A program made the translations under genes and the position numbers. Below are positions 12,450 to 25,969 of a stretch of 64,000 nt of DNA, one piece after another (positions within the stretch are counted from its first letter, which is position 1; the number at the start of each line of letters is the position of its first letter). The notes under the pieces were generated by a model that was not told the origin of the DNA, made no database searches, and saw only the letters and a list, made by a program, of their open reading frames with translations. Source of the DNA: Lytechinus pictus (Eukaryota); assembly GCF_037042905.1 (NCBI RefSeq), contig NC_087252.1:32550001-32614000 (forward strand), written 5' to 3'.

Positions 12450-14945
12450 TTCTGTGCATTCGGCGAGGGTGGGCTGTGCCCAGAGTGCGGCTTGAACATC
12501 GAACCTGGCTGAATTGAACTGCAAATACGTATTGTCTCGCCTAGGCAGCGAATAAAGACGATTGGCTAGACTATTATTTGACTAGGTGTGTGTGGCGCGT
12601 GTTTGTGTGTGTGTGTGTGAGGCAGAGAAAGAGAGATAGAGGCAGAGAGTGAGGTAGATTGTATTTGAAATCCAAGTGCACTTTTGCACACAGCCAGCCA
12701 GACACGTTCAATATGTACTCCTTTCCGCTCATACTGTAAGTCCCCGGTCGCATTTCTAGAGTGTTGAAACTGTGCGTATATAGTACATGTATGTAGAGTA
12801 TGTAAGAAGCTAGGTAGCTAAGCTGCACCTCATCATATGAGAGCTTGCTTGTACATATGCTGAGTGCTTGTGTGTTGTGGGTTAGAGGGACGAGAATGAC
12901 AGAAAGAGAGAGAGAGGAGAGAGAGAGGGGGTAGGAATTGAATGTAATCTTGCTATACCAGCCTGGCTGAGGCAGGTTCTAAGGATAGCCATAGATATAG
13001 CTTCTCTGACTAGGGACCCTAAAATGCCCCTCTTGGTTGGTGTAATCTTCAAATTCAGGTCGCAGCTCTACCAGGTTATTGCTGCTCCGCAGCTACCCGG
13101 CCCGCAGCCTAGGAGTGTGGACCCCCGGATTTGAGTTAGACGTCTGCTGACCCGAGGTCAACTATTAGCATTCAGAGCATTCGCTGCTCAATCTAGCCGA
13201 GTCTTTTTTCCCCCCTCATTCTTTCGTTCTTTCTCTCTCTATTCAACCTCTCTACGTGTCTCTCCCCAATGAGTGCTCCAGTACACACAGTCGGGGGAAA
13301 GGAACTCGGTTGTTTCTGCCTCTTGCTTGGCGTGGAAATTGGCGCCCATTTTGGGGGTGGAAGGCGCGTGCTGCCGTCGAGACGATCGCAAGTCAGGTAA
13401 CATGAATTCTCTGTGAATGTTCTAAGTTTACTGTTCATTCAGACTCCTTTTCTTTTCTATCCGTGCGAGCCACATGTGTAGCATGCCGGAGTGGCAGTGC
13501 GGGGTAACCTTTTTCTCTCACAATCTCTTGCAAGGAAAGCATGCTGGCCAACGAGCACACAGCCATGTCGGATACAATGTTATATTATATGGAGACTACT
13601 ACAGGCTATGCTGAATTGTGTCGTTTACCTATGGACCTACCTATACACTGTGTCCTGTCTGGGAAATTTCTTTTGCTCGGTCGCCTTGTACGTCGAAAGC
13701 CGGCCCATAGGTGAGCAGAATATGTGACATGAATGAGTTTAGTCTAACATTATGTGCTGTATTTTTCCCCTCCATCGCCCCCTCTCTCTTTCCCTCCTCG
13801 TGATTATATTGGGACAAAGTTCAGGGATTTTGGAAGGCAATGTGAATTTCTGTTGGAACATTCTGGGCGCCCGCCATAAAGCATAGTGCATGGGTCGGTT
13901 AGGGTGTGAGCCAGCCAGCCAGACAGTGTGCCATAGCTTTGTTGAAAAGGAAAATGGCGCTCACGCACACAAGACAGTAGACATGACGCAGGGCAACAAC
14001 GCCCTTATGGCATGGCGGGTTTTTGCTCTCGTGACTTGTCGTCGCACACATGGCGTGCGCTCTCTCCCCCGTTTTGCGCCCTAAATTCAATCTTTCTGAA
14101 AAACGGCCTTTCTATAATCTTGTCTGCCCTTTCTGTGCATGTTTTTTCCCCTAGATAAACCATTAATGTGCTCATGTACGTGATTCCATTGATTTTTTTC
14201 TTTCTTTCGCTCGGTATCTCTCACTTTTGTCGGGAAGGTGTGGCAGTCATATTATTCCAAGATGGCGATCAGAAATTAACATGTCTGAAAGTTCCCGAAT
14301 GTTAACATTATTGCGCATGTGTCGGAATGTCTTCAGTCTGACTAAAGGTTGTCAATGTCTCAACTCTTGGCGGCGATGTTTGCGAAAAACGGACTATTTT
14401 TCCTACGCAAACCGCTATTTGGATATTGTGAGAGGAATATAAAGATATATAAACTGATTCAATTATCTGGCTCTTTTCATTCACAATCAACCTCTTTTTC
14501 TGGCCTGGAATTATAACTTTTTAAAGCGGATATTTAAAATTCATGCATCTTTTCGGTTAAGTCATTTTTATGCGAATGGTTTAGTTAAGGATCAACTAGT
14601 CATTTTCCTCAATCTTTGTCAAGGACAGTTCCAAGATTATTTCCGTAGGATACGTCCCAGAGTTTGGAAGTGCCACAGTAGTTTTTCGCAAGAGATCGAA
14701 TAGGGACGCGAGCTGCAATCGGCGATTCGGGCCTTTTCTCTTTTATCACCAGAACGTGCGAAGAGGATGTAACTTTCTACTCCACCATTTCTTGACTTCA
14801 ATTCGCGGATATCTTCAGTTGGAGGAAATTTGAAACCATCAATGTCAGTGCTTTATTAAAAGCTAGGGAGAGAAAGAAAAAGCAGAATTGGCTGCTATGA
14901 GAGGCTTGTAATCGTACGAGACAAGAATATGACACCACGACACAG
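12450..14945 (+). promoter_or_regulatory. CpG-rich promoter / alternative first-exon block
   Basis: CpG retained relative to flanks and no recognisable TE. GA/GT microsatellites, ATTGG boxes, YY1-type AAAATGGCG (about 13952) and CAAGATGGCG (about 14258). Donor-like sites after 13396 (CAG|GTAACA), 13710 (TAG|GTGAGC) and 14945 (CAG|GTAGTT). Confidence 0.6.
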
Positions 14946-15639
14946 GTAGTTTTTAGCGTTGATATCAAATTCTTTTTAACCCTATTCCCGAGTACCTTTT
15001 CAAAGTGTATGCTGTTTGGAAAATAATTATTACTAAGCTCCTAACGGTCTGCCCTTATAATTATTACCCACACTTTTTATGCATAGCTTATCATTAAAGA
15101 GTATATAATTCAAAATGAATTTGTAAAGTTGGCTTTAATATGACATATTGCACTCCCGGGCAGACACGACGTAATCCTAAAAAGGGAACCGTTAAATTTG
15201 ATAGCGCAGTATAATTTTGCTTTTGAAATAGGTTCATTGAAAATATTCTATGATTAAGTTGGCTAAGAAATGTTTATTGTTTGGTTTGATAGTATAGCTC
15301 CTAATTCTGATTGTTTGGGGGGACACAGCCCCTCCCCCAAAGAGCATGAAAAGTGCCCCTCTAGGTCTCCTAGACCCCCCCCCCCCCAAAAAAAAAAAAA
15401 ATGAGCAAAACTATAAAAATATCCCATACCCTTCTTGAAAAAAAAAAAAAAAGACAACTCCCATTTCCATAGAAATCATGTCAGAATAGTAACGTGAAAC
15501 ACATTTTATCGTTTATCATTTTATAACACTTTAGAACGCTTCCTTGTTATATTCTGTTCTGTTTTTAAAATTTTATTGGAAAGATAAATTTTATTGCTTG
15601 CAATTTTTGAAAGACGAATTCTCTCTGATATCATAGGCG

Positions 15640-16220
15640 TTTAGCGAATTTGTCCACGTGGTGTTCAAAATGGCGGCCAAACGTTCGACACGGTGACCCG
15701 CCTGCCTGTAGGACCCTCGGAAAGAAAAAGAATAGTTAAATCGCGAAATGAGGAGGAAGAGAGTGCTTGCAATAGTAAAAGCCAGACAGCGAGCTAGTCA
15801 GGCACTATAAAGGCATTAGGTTAGGAGAGAGAGCAACAGAGCTTTCAGACTGACTTGTGTGTGTGTGTCTGTCCCTAGTAATATGCAAATGAGGCAAATC
15901 AGTGTGCGTGTCGCTTGGGGTCGCGGTGAACATACATGCGGCCGGAACATGTTGGAATGTACGTTGCATTCATGTTCTCTCTCTCTCCCTTTCCCTCTTC
16001 TTTCTGTCACTCCCCTGGAGAAGTCCTGAGCCAGTCGTAGGGGCTTCTCTTCCCTTCGTCTGGGAAAAGGATCGCTTAAAAAGTCTTGGCGCGCGAGGTC
16101 GCCCTCCAGATCGTCCGTGGTCCCCATTCTCGCCCTTTTTCATTGGCTCTTATAATTTTACCGCACAGTCCCTCGTGCTCAGTTTCATAATTTGCCTGAC
16201 AAAGCAACGGTGATTGTGAT
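15640..16220. promoter_or_regulatory. Second CpG-rich promoter/enhancer block
   Basis: YY1 consensus CAAAATGGCGGCC (about 15666), TATAAA at 15806-15811, octamer ATGCAAAT at 15883-15890, CACGTG at about 15655, many CpGs. Confidence 0.55.
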
Positions 16221-16962
16221 TGAAAAAAAATAAATCCAGAGAAAACCTAGGCTGATCATCACCGTGAAGTTAGTAGAGTTTGGTGAAAATTTCAAAACTT
16301 GATCATTGAAAGGCAAAAAAAACCCGGTCAATTCCTCCTTGATAATCCTGATGTGTGTTGGTCTAGATCCTGATTTTTAACCATTGAACATACGACCCAA
16401 GTTTTTTATTCCTGACTGTATGATCCAAATAACAACATACTTTTTTAAATCAAAATTTGAGTCCAGATCTGTATAACAACAGTTAGATAACATTTTATTT
16501 TCATTTATTTCAAATCCAACCAGTTGTTATTTTCTCAATTTCTTGAATTTTCCTCATTTTAAAAGTGGTTATAGATTAAACCCTTGCAAGATTAGCACTC
16601 TGGGTTGCATGGAAATTCAGTACATATATGATTTCTAACATTTTCTGCTGTAGACGCATCAATTTTAGATGCTGTTTGGTGCAAAATTGCATCAGAACTC
16701 AACTGCGATAAAATTAATTCAGCGTCATTGTGCAGACTCCTCCCCTTAAGAGGCCCGTAATAGCATCAAGCCATTAAAACCATCAGACTGTCGGTGAATA
16801 TGCCCCTTGTTTTTTCTTCTGTTCAGTATGTTTGCTCAAAATAAATTGATATTAGTTGGACCCTGTTCCTTCAGTAGTGTTTGTCTAGCTACCAACATGT
16901 CTAGCATTTTGACACAAGAGTTAATAGCCATGATGTCATGTCTGGTCTCACGGCTCGGTGAT

Positions 16963-17366
16963 CAGGGATGTGTGTTTCACGAAGCAAATAGTCAAGGGAT
17001 TTTCACCGACTGTTAAAAGCTACTGAAATCCTTGCATCCGATTGGCTCAGGGCAAATAAGTCGATGAAATGACCAACTTCATTGCTTCGTGAAACCTTCA
17101 GCTGGAGGGCTGTTTCGTGAAGCAAATAGTCAAATGGTTTTCACTGACGTTTTAAGCTACTGAAATCCTTGCATCCGATTGGCTCAGAGCATATTATTCA
17201 GTGAAAAGTTTTTCATGAAACACTCACCTGGTGATTGTTTCATGAAGCAAACAGCAAAAAGGTTTTTCACCGACTTCTATTATCTGAGCCAATGAGACCC
17301 AAGGATTTCAGTAGCTAATGACAGTTTTCAGTGAAAACTCTCTTCAATACATGACATGCAACCCAG
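16963..17366. mobile_element. Cluster of three related short CCAAT-bearing MITE-like units (third inverted internally)
   Basis: TGTTTC(A/G)(C/T)GAAGCAAA starts each unit. GCTACTGAAATCCTTGCATCCGATTGGCTCAG occurs twice, and its reverse complement at about 17285-17315. Related fragments at about 27320-27430 and 47130-47210. Confidence 0.6.
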
Positions 17367-19688
17367 GCTTGAAATTTGAGATCCATTAGTCCCATATGGT
17401 GCATTTGACGTTTTTAATGTATTATGATCTATTCAGAACAGAAAAGGCATAAATCCATCTATCTATTACAGTAACCAGAAAGGGAAAACTAACATGGGGG
17501 GGGGGGGGGACTTGGAGCAATTTCATCCCTAAAATGCTCAAAAGAAAATCCTTATTCCCTGCAATATTAAAACTTATCTAATGTTGCAGATTGAAACAGG
17601 ATGGGAAAAGTAGCCCCTGAAAAAAAAAAAAAAAATTATCCGATCACTCCAGAAACTGCATTCACACTCAGGATAGATCTTTGTTATGGGCAATAGAATC
17701 GTATGCTGACCGAATAGCATATTCCTCTCGATTGATTTGTTCATGAATGGGGGAAAAGGGCTCAGGCTTTTACAACCAGCCTAACAAAACATCTTCATAT
17801 CAGAGTTGAATAGAACTTATATTCAATTAAAGTTTCTTGAAGTATTATAAGTTTACATGATTTGATTGTTAATCCTTTCATTTGGGTTGGAAAGGGGGGG
17901 GGGGGGGGGCGGGGTCATGTTCTACCCCTACAGCCTATTAGTTTAAAGGCCAGATATATCTAAACTAATACATTTGCCAGATTGATGTCAGACTTGCATT
18001 GCAATCTTTACTGTGATCGTGGCTCCCTTTTGTTGGCACACCGTGTATTATTTTTAAAGCCAGACATGTAAACTTTGAACAACGGGCTTCACAACGTTGT
18101 CTGAGGGGGCTCACAAGGGGTAGATCCAGCTTGCATTATAACAATGCTCAATAGGTCATATGTTACAAGCCGTCAGCATAATCTCCGAGATCGATCGCGC
18201 CATGTTCAAGTTTTTTGTTGTTGTTTTCTGCTTCAGCCTCTCCTCTGGTAGGTTTCAAATTCTGTTCAAATTCTAAGATTTCTTTGATAGAATTCTGGTG
18301 TAACGGCTGATAAACAAATTAAGTAGGGGTGTTGGTCTTTGAAATTTGAAAGGATAGGTCTGACCAGATAAAAATGATTAGAACTAGCTCCAAGAGTGAA
18401 GGAAAGATTGGTAGAGGGCTTGGTAAGACTTGCGAGAAGACTATCATACAATCTATTTGCCCCATATGTGAGTATCCGTGTTGGTTCTGTTTGTATTTTG
18501 CACCTTCAAAGTTTGCGCTCAAACCTATTGAGGTACGAATGAAGTTTCATCCATTGGATCTTTCAAATTACTTTGGGAAGAAATCATAAATATAAAACCT
18601 GTTAATAAGAGCACCTCGTTTGAATAGGTCCCCTTTGGTGCTCCACCAATTGAGAAGGGAAAAGAAATAATGTTTTAAATTTTTTAATCAATAAAATTGA
18701 AGTTTCTAACTTTTATTATAAAGAGAGAGACATTTTTTTATTTGAGCTAAAAAACAAAAGTAAAAAGAGCCCTTTAATATCCTGATTTACTATAATGTAG
18801 AAGCTTATCCAGTATTGCAGATTTAGGCATTGGGTTGTGATAATTAGCTCCTGAAAATGGTAATTAAAAAAATATATATTTTTTTGCCTGTGATGCCCTC
18901 AGATTTTTTTTTCAAGAGATAACTAACAAAAAGCTGATTTATTTCAGCTGCATTTACATTATAAGTTCAATACTAAATGAATCATTTGATATGGAATCTT
19001 GTTGGTCATTTTTGTTCATTCTTTTTTTCATTTAGCTGATTTATTATTTTTTTTTAGAATGTAGGTCGCCCGATACTGCAGCCGAGAAAACAGTGATTTC
19101 ACATTCAAAAAGGTTCTTCTATATATTGAGACAGACATGGAAATAGGAATAAAGGGAACATGATAATAATGGCACTGACGTAATGTCTGGCGTGCCTTTA
19201 TGTACCCTCCTGGTGGTATTCTTTTGTATTGTAGAGAGATAAATCATTTTATGGAGTTGTAAAGAGGGAGGGGATGAGAAAAATACTGAAAAACAGAGAG
19301 AGAGCATGAGAGAGAAATATGTATTAGTATGAGGGGGAGGTGGGGGAGGGGTAGGGGTAGGGGCAACAGACTGACAGCAAGACCAAGAGAAAGTTACTTT
19401 TTCTATTGCAAGGGGGAGGGGTATCTGTTTAATATTTCACTTATTCTAAAATAGCTAGCTAGTTTTCTATTTTCTGTTCATGAATACCATGTTGCTTTTT
19501 TAAGGGCAGTTTGTTTCAATTTTTTTGAATGAGGGAGGGGGTGCCGGTGAGGGATGGCATTGGGAGCTATTGACTATGACATGGGAAAAAAATTAAAGAC
19601 ACAGTCTTGTAGACTCCAGTGGGGAGAGAGAGTAGTGAAAAAAAAAAAAACGAGTGGGTACTTTCTTGCCACCTCCTTGTACTTCCAG

Positions 19689-19855
19689 GTGGGTGTTTCA
19701 TAAAGCTGTTCGTAAGATACGAATGACTTTATGCGCGGCTGGTGATCCTTGTGCTATGTGATATCCCTATGTAATTGAGTTATGACCTCAGAACATGTTC
19801 CAGTCGTGGGTAAAAGTTGTGCGTAATTTTACGAACAGCTTTATGAAACGCCCCC
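19689..19855. mobile_element. CWG-flanked Harbinger-like MITE
   Basis: TIR GTTTCATAAAGCTGTTCGTAA / TTACGAACAGCTTTATGAAAC, flanked by CAG and CTG. Further copies at 41333 and 41514. Confidence 0.85.
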
Positions 19856-20359
19856 CTGATAATCCTATTTGAACCCAGTAGCAAAGTGGAGCCTCTCTTT
19901 TAAACTCTGAGAGGGCTTATTTGAATATTTTTGGGGCAAGGCGCCCGATGTTTTATCCCCCGGTCATTTTGATTCACTGTGTACTTCAGTTACCAAACCC
20001 ATATTTTATGGCATCTCGGTCAGGTATGCAGCATACAACAGTGTGATGTCACCACAGACACCACAGAGGTAAATGTAATTAAATTAATTTAGTAATTTAG
20101 TATGGGGGAAATGAGATGGGGAGGGGGTGATGGGGCGAGGGGAGGGAGGGAGGAACTCCGAGGAAGACCCCCCATTCTTTCAATTGACACCTTGATGCCT
20201 TCTGGTAAATTGCATTGGTTTAGCTTAACATCCTGCTTTTAGATGCACCAACCAATCTTTTTATTATACATGAAATGATTTTAGTGAAGAATATCACCAT
20301 TCAGTTGGAATGGCCTGTCAATATACATGTATGTCTGATGTATTCAAATTGATAATTAA

Positions 20360-20943
20360 AGGAGAATGAAACTCTTGGAGCAAGTTAGCTTTTGTGAAAG
20401 CAGAAAAATCAAAGAATAAGATCAACAAAAGTTTGAGTAAAATCGGACTAGCAATAGAAGAGTTATGAGCATTTGAATGTCGAGATCACTAATGCTATGG
20501 AGATCCTCCAATTGGCAACGCAACCAAGATCTATGATATCACAGATGAACAACTCTCCCCTTTTGGACACTGAAAATATACCCCAAAACATCTCTTTTTG
20601 CTCTTTCTAATCATATGACAAACGATTCATCAATGATATAATGTTGTGAAACCTCTGTACTTGTCCTCTCATAGAGAGAACACCTCACCTTGTGATAGAT
20701 TCTATAAAAGTGAGAATTTAAGTGAAATAAGTACTAAAGCAATAAGGGAGTTGTACGTGTGTGACATCACAGATCTTGGTCGCATTGCCAATAGGAGGAT
20801 CTACATGGCATTAGTGATCTCAATATTCAAATGCTCATAACTTTCTTATTATTCATTCAATCTTCCTCAAACTTTCAACAATATGTTTCTTTGATTTTTC
20901 TCTTTGATATGGATTCAGCTGGTTTCAAGGGTTTCATTCTCCT
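20360..20943. mobile_element. Kolobok-type MITE family C, full length
   Basis: TTAA at 20356-20359 and 20944-20947. TIR AGGAGAATGAAAC / GTTTCATTCTCCT. Inverted similarity extends about 190 bp inward. Confidence 0.9.
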
Positions 20944-23124
20944 TTAATAAGAGAGAGTTTAGAAGAAAAAAAAACATATCTAGAGTACAAATCGAAATAT
21001 GTCCAAATTATCTACCCTCATGAATATTGAATAGCACAATGTTTTATTTTAAACTGGCTTTATTTAAAGAAAAATTGTGCAACAGATTTTCAACAGAAAG
21101 GGGGGGGGGGGGGCATGGAGGAATTACTTGCAACTTTGCAAGTTTTAATCAAGGGGAAAATAAGAGGGATCATATATGATGTACCTGTACGGTATATTGG
21201 AAATGCATGTGCTAATATGGCAGATAAAAACAAAGGGAGTGTATGATTAAAGAAAGGAAGGAAAATTACAAGATCAGGGGAGGGGAGGGGGGGGGGTAGG
21301 AAAATAAGGAATGAGGATGATATGAGTAACAACAAAGAAAGGGCACAAAATCAGAGGGAAGAAATTAATGATAGAGGGAGTTTATTAAGCACATAATTAT
21401 TATAGTTCCTTATGTGCTTTATGATTATGAATGAACAAAATATGAATATACGAAAGGACAGTAAAATGATTAATCAATAAACAAAATATACCATAATGAA
21501 AGAAAAATGAACAGAAACAAAGAAAAAATGGTAGGAATATTGTCATTGTAGACAAAAGCAATGGTGTAAGTATTTCTGAATTTTTGCAAAGAAAGGAAAC
21601 ATGGCAAGAGAAAGAGAGAGAGAAGGATGGTGGTACTAACGGCTGTATGGTAGGCTATCACAGTATGAGGCTGTTAAGTAGAGCATGAACAATCGACTAT
21701 GTTTGCCTCCAGATTGAAATTGGCCGCTCGCTTTATTCCCTGCTCGACTTAGACTGTCTGCTAGCTTCAGACAATCTATTTTACTGGGAGTGATCTACCC
21801 CCGCCCCATTCACACTGCCAAATCTCAAACGTTCACAGAATAAAAGTGTTGTTAATTGGCGTACATAGATGACCACACTATTCACTTAACTAGGGTGTTT
21901 GATTTGGTGTCAGTTCAACACATATGGGTGTTATTACACAACACCTTGATAATTGATTTTACACTGTTTGGCGTTATGTTCAATCTCTATGGTGGAATTT
22001 TAACGCCTCAAGGTTTGATCCTCTAGGGAAACCAACTGGTGTAAGCTTTAACACCCTATCAACAGTGTTTTTAAGCACTCCATTTTCCTGGTTAGGGTAA
22101 TCATTGCTTTTGCTGGCAGTGGGGATGTGCTATATATATTTTTCAATATTACCACTGATCATTTGCATGGGGTACCTAGTTCAGTTCCCCTGATCAGATG
22201 AAACGGGAAGCATTTGATAGCGATAAACTAAACTCCTTAAAAAATTGTGTATTCTGAGCTGTATTTTGTCTACATCAAAGCTAGAATTGTTTTAAATGTC
22301 ATGAATATCCTAGAGGATTTGCAGTATACTTGTAGCTTGATGACTTTAAATCCACTGCCCTTATATAGATCTAGGTTATAAAAGAATAATCTTTTTAACA
22401 AAAAGAATACCAATACTTTTTTCACAGAAAATATCCATGAATGAGCAAATATTTCATTGATATAAATAGTTCCTTGACACTATTGCATGCCATGCCAGTA
22501 ATTTATTTGTTTTTAAAAGTAGAAAATCGATGATGGAACAATTCAATTAGCATTAATGCCAGGGTATTCCATTATAGGGGGACGGGCTTAAATTACAAAT
22601 ATATTTTATTTCATTGAAATGGGTATAAATGACCAAGCTTTTCTTTCCCAGTGCCCTTCTTTCCTTCACCCTTCCCCCTTTTTTCCTCATTCTTAGATAA
22701 TTTTATGATATAGAAATTTGCATGCATTTTTTCCGATTCATGTCAAATTCATGTGTTGTTTGAAATGTTCTGTATGAATAAAATCACCCACCAGTGATTA
22801 GGGATTTATTGTAATCAAACGTAGGGTATCCGGTCTTCATTTCAAGCAATGCATATCAGCCAACTCCTGATGATATAATTTGCCAAGTTTTAGATCATGT
22901 GATATATATATGAGCGGGACGCCCACAACATGCAGAAATGAGGTTGTATATTTACAGGCCAATTCACAGTGATATCATTTCTCAGGTTTTTGATCAAATG
23001 TGGGACGTCTACAATATGGAGTAATGGGTTAAGCCAATCAGGTGGCACAGTTCTCATGAATGTCATAAGTGGATCCAGGGGCCTGCTTCAAGAGTTAGAA
23101 TTATTGTAACTTTGCCATTAACAG

Positions 23125-23281
23125 GGGAGTGTTTCATCAACATTTTCATCCGACAAGTTGTCAGATCTGACATCTTTCTCTGATGTTGATTGGCTGAGAG
23201 GTACTGATACTATGGTAACTGTCGGATAAAATGGTACTTGTCAGATAAAACGTCCGACAAGTCCTTTCATGAAACGCCCCC
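23125..23281. mobile_element. Harbinger-like MITE with CAG TSD, nested in an older MITE (about 23079-23387)
   Basis: GGGAGTGTTTCAT / ATGAAACGCCCCC ends. CAG at 23122-23124 and 23282-23284. Host has GGGCCTG.. / ..CCGGGCAC ends and inverted TTGCCA/TGGCAA. Confidence 0.75.
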
Positions 23282-23464
23282 CAGGTCTCAGCAGCCATGA
23301 ATTACAATCAATATTTCCTTGAAAATTATACAATAGTGGCAACTTAATCATCTATAAAAGACAATTGTTTTTATGAAAACCGGGCACCAGAAAATGGTAG
23401 GGTTGTTATATTATTGTTTGAATTTTGAATGTCTTTTTACTAGAAATACACAGTGTACATGTAG

Positions 23465-23765
23465 ATGATGATGAGTTGAGGACAACTACGTGAAGATGAG
23501 GAGAATACATCAAGGAGGAGGAGGAGGGGGAGGGGGAGTGAGAAGAGGGGATGATGATGGGGGGGGGGCAGGGTGTAGTGGAAGGAAGGAGAAGAGGGGG
23601 AAGGATGGGTGGGGGCTGTGTAGGGGGATGAAGAGGGAGAAGGGCAAATTATGAGGCAGAGGGAGGAGGAGAGAAGAGGGGGAAGACATAGGAGGGGGTG
23701 AAGGAGTGGGAGAAGATGGGAGGAGACCTGAGGTAGAGAGTAGAAGGTGAAATGTGGGGAGGGGT
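23465..23765. repeat. Purine-rich (GGA/GA) low-complexity tract
   Basis: Plus strand almost entirely G/A. Explains the Pro/Ser/Leu-rich minus-strand ORF. Confidence 0.85.
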
Positions 23766-25092
23766 TGACTTTTTTTATATTCATTGTTTTCTGCTTCAAG
23801 TTAACTTCTTTTGCAGTTACATTATCGCTTTTTCGATAATGGAGGTTCAATTGGTTAAACCGTTTTCCGAGTAGAAGGAAGATGACACAGAAAATTGGTA
23901 AACTGGAGCCCAGACTACTCAACCAATTATGATGTAGGCAGGTTTTTGGCCAGGGTAGCTCTGCCAATCGCATAAAGACAATGCTTGACCCGAACTACAT
24001 TTATTCTGAAAGCTTCAGTTTCAGTCTTATTCATATATTTGTTTCTTGAACCCAGATTTTCATTTAGCATGCGAAAGAGACTTTTCTCAATATAACTCCC
24101 TCATAGGAAGTGCCGTTGTACTAATATAAAAAAAATGATGTTCTTTTCTTTTATTTCAAGATGCGTAGGACTAGGTAGTCAATATTGATAATGCAGTATT
24201 GCACAGGTCCCCAACGTTATTATTTGTCTGTGTTTTACATACACCATGGTCTTCCCAGTGGAAAAGGTACTATAGGAAATTGGTATTTTACTTGTACACA
24301 TGTGATTCAAATAATATGCATTTTGTACTCTAATGTAAAAATGTTAATATAAAACAAATTATACATATATGTAGAACCTAGAAAAGAACACAGTGCATGT
24401 ATCAAATAAAAATGACATTGGTTAAATCTGGGAGGACTTACTTTGACTAGAACAGAATTAGATGTATACTGAACTTAACAACAACAAAAACAGAAAAATG
24501 AATATAGATCTGTGATGCATATGATCCTGATGCAGAGTTATACTGGAGGTTCACTTTCATGGGTTTTTACTGAAATCTCATAAAAAATAATTGCATAAAA
24601 TGTACAAATCCTCTATTTTCATCCTCTATTCCCTTGTAAAATTTGACAGAGGAAATCCTTTTGTTCTCACAAGGTACTCCCCCTCGCAGACCCCAGGCTT
24701 GTTCCTTCGTTGTAAAATTTTAATTAAGGAAATCCCATCAACTCTAGAAAAAGGGATGAGATTGCGATAAGAGAATGGAATATGCTACTTATAGAGTCTT
24801 ATTAATTTTTCATGGGGTGCTCCCCTTTCAACTGGCTTGCAAAATATGTTTTGTTCCCTTCATGAAAAAATGTCATGGGAGATATATTAAAAGCTTTGTA
24901 GAAAAGGGTAATATCCCAATAAAAGAAATAAGAGGGTAAACAGAATCTAGAGTCATGGGGCGCTCCCCAGGGAAAAAGAATTACACAGACAGGGGCTGGG
25001 GGGTGATTTAGCCCCCAAAAGGCTCAAAAGACCCTAAAAAAAAGGAGATATTGCAGATGTAGGGAATAAGATGTGAATAGTAGCCCCCCCCC

Positions 25093-25126
<34 letters not shown>

Positions 25127-25329
25127 GGCCTGCTACTCCCCTCACACCCCTCCCCATTGACTTGGTTTTATTACCTTCATGTTAAAATCCTATGAAAAAA
25201 AGAAACAGACAGCAGGATATAGTTTAGAGCTCTTATTTTCCAAGGCACCCCCCCCCCCCCCGCCCACCACCTTGCAGACCCCCAGGCTTGCAAAATATGT
25301 CTAATGCCCTTCATGGTTCAATTCATGAA

Positions 25330-25862
25330 CTCTGGAGAAAAGGACGATATCACAATTTAAAACAAAATGTAGAGATAAAACAAAAAGTTAGACTCTTAAT
25401 TTTGGTCGGGCACTCCCCCCTCACAGACCCCCAGAATGTACATGTAGTTGTGATCCCTTATTTTTCACTCTGGAGAAAGGAATGATATGACAATTTAAAA
25501 CAAAATGTAGAGATAAAACAGAAAGTTAGACTCTTAATTTTGGTCGGGCACTCCCCCCTCACAGACCCCCAGAATGTACATGTAGTTGTGATCCCTTATT
25601 TTTCACTCTGGAGAACTCTGGAGAAAGGAATGATAAGACAATTTAAAACAAAATGTAGAGATAAAACAGAAAGTTAGTCTTGTTTTTCGTGGGGCGCTCC
25701 CCCTCGCGGACCCCCAGAATGTACATGTAGTTGTGATCCCTTATTTTTCACTCTGGAGAACTCTGGAGAAAGGAATGATATGACAATTTAAAACAAAATG
25801 TAGAGATAAAACAGAAAGTTAGTCTTGTTTTTCGTGGGGCGCTCCCCCCTCGCGGACCCCCA
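25330..25862. repeat. Tandem repeat, four units of about 138-148 bp
   Basis: Anchor CAATTTAAAACAAAATGTAGAGATAAAAC at 25353, 25491, 25639 and 25784. Confidence 0.92.
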
Positions 25863-25969
25863 AGGCTTGCAAAATATGTTTTGAGGAAGGAAGCGTTTGA
25901 GCGCGCCTGATGCGAGGAGCAGTCGAGTGAGAAGGTGGCTGGCAGGAAAAAACAAGAGTTCAGATCAAA

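Noticed and set aside
13632-13660. MDLPIHCVL resembling the start of the SATB/Dve ubiquitin-like domain
   Set aside because: Only about 6 residues match and the following sequence does not; likely chance.
15945-15975. miR-1-like TGGAATGTA
   Set aside because: Only the first 9 nt match and I see no convincing precursor hairpin.
23440-23973. 177-aa ORF, the longest in the window
   Set aside because: Produced by the complement of a GA-rich low-complexity tract.
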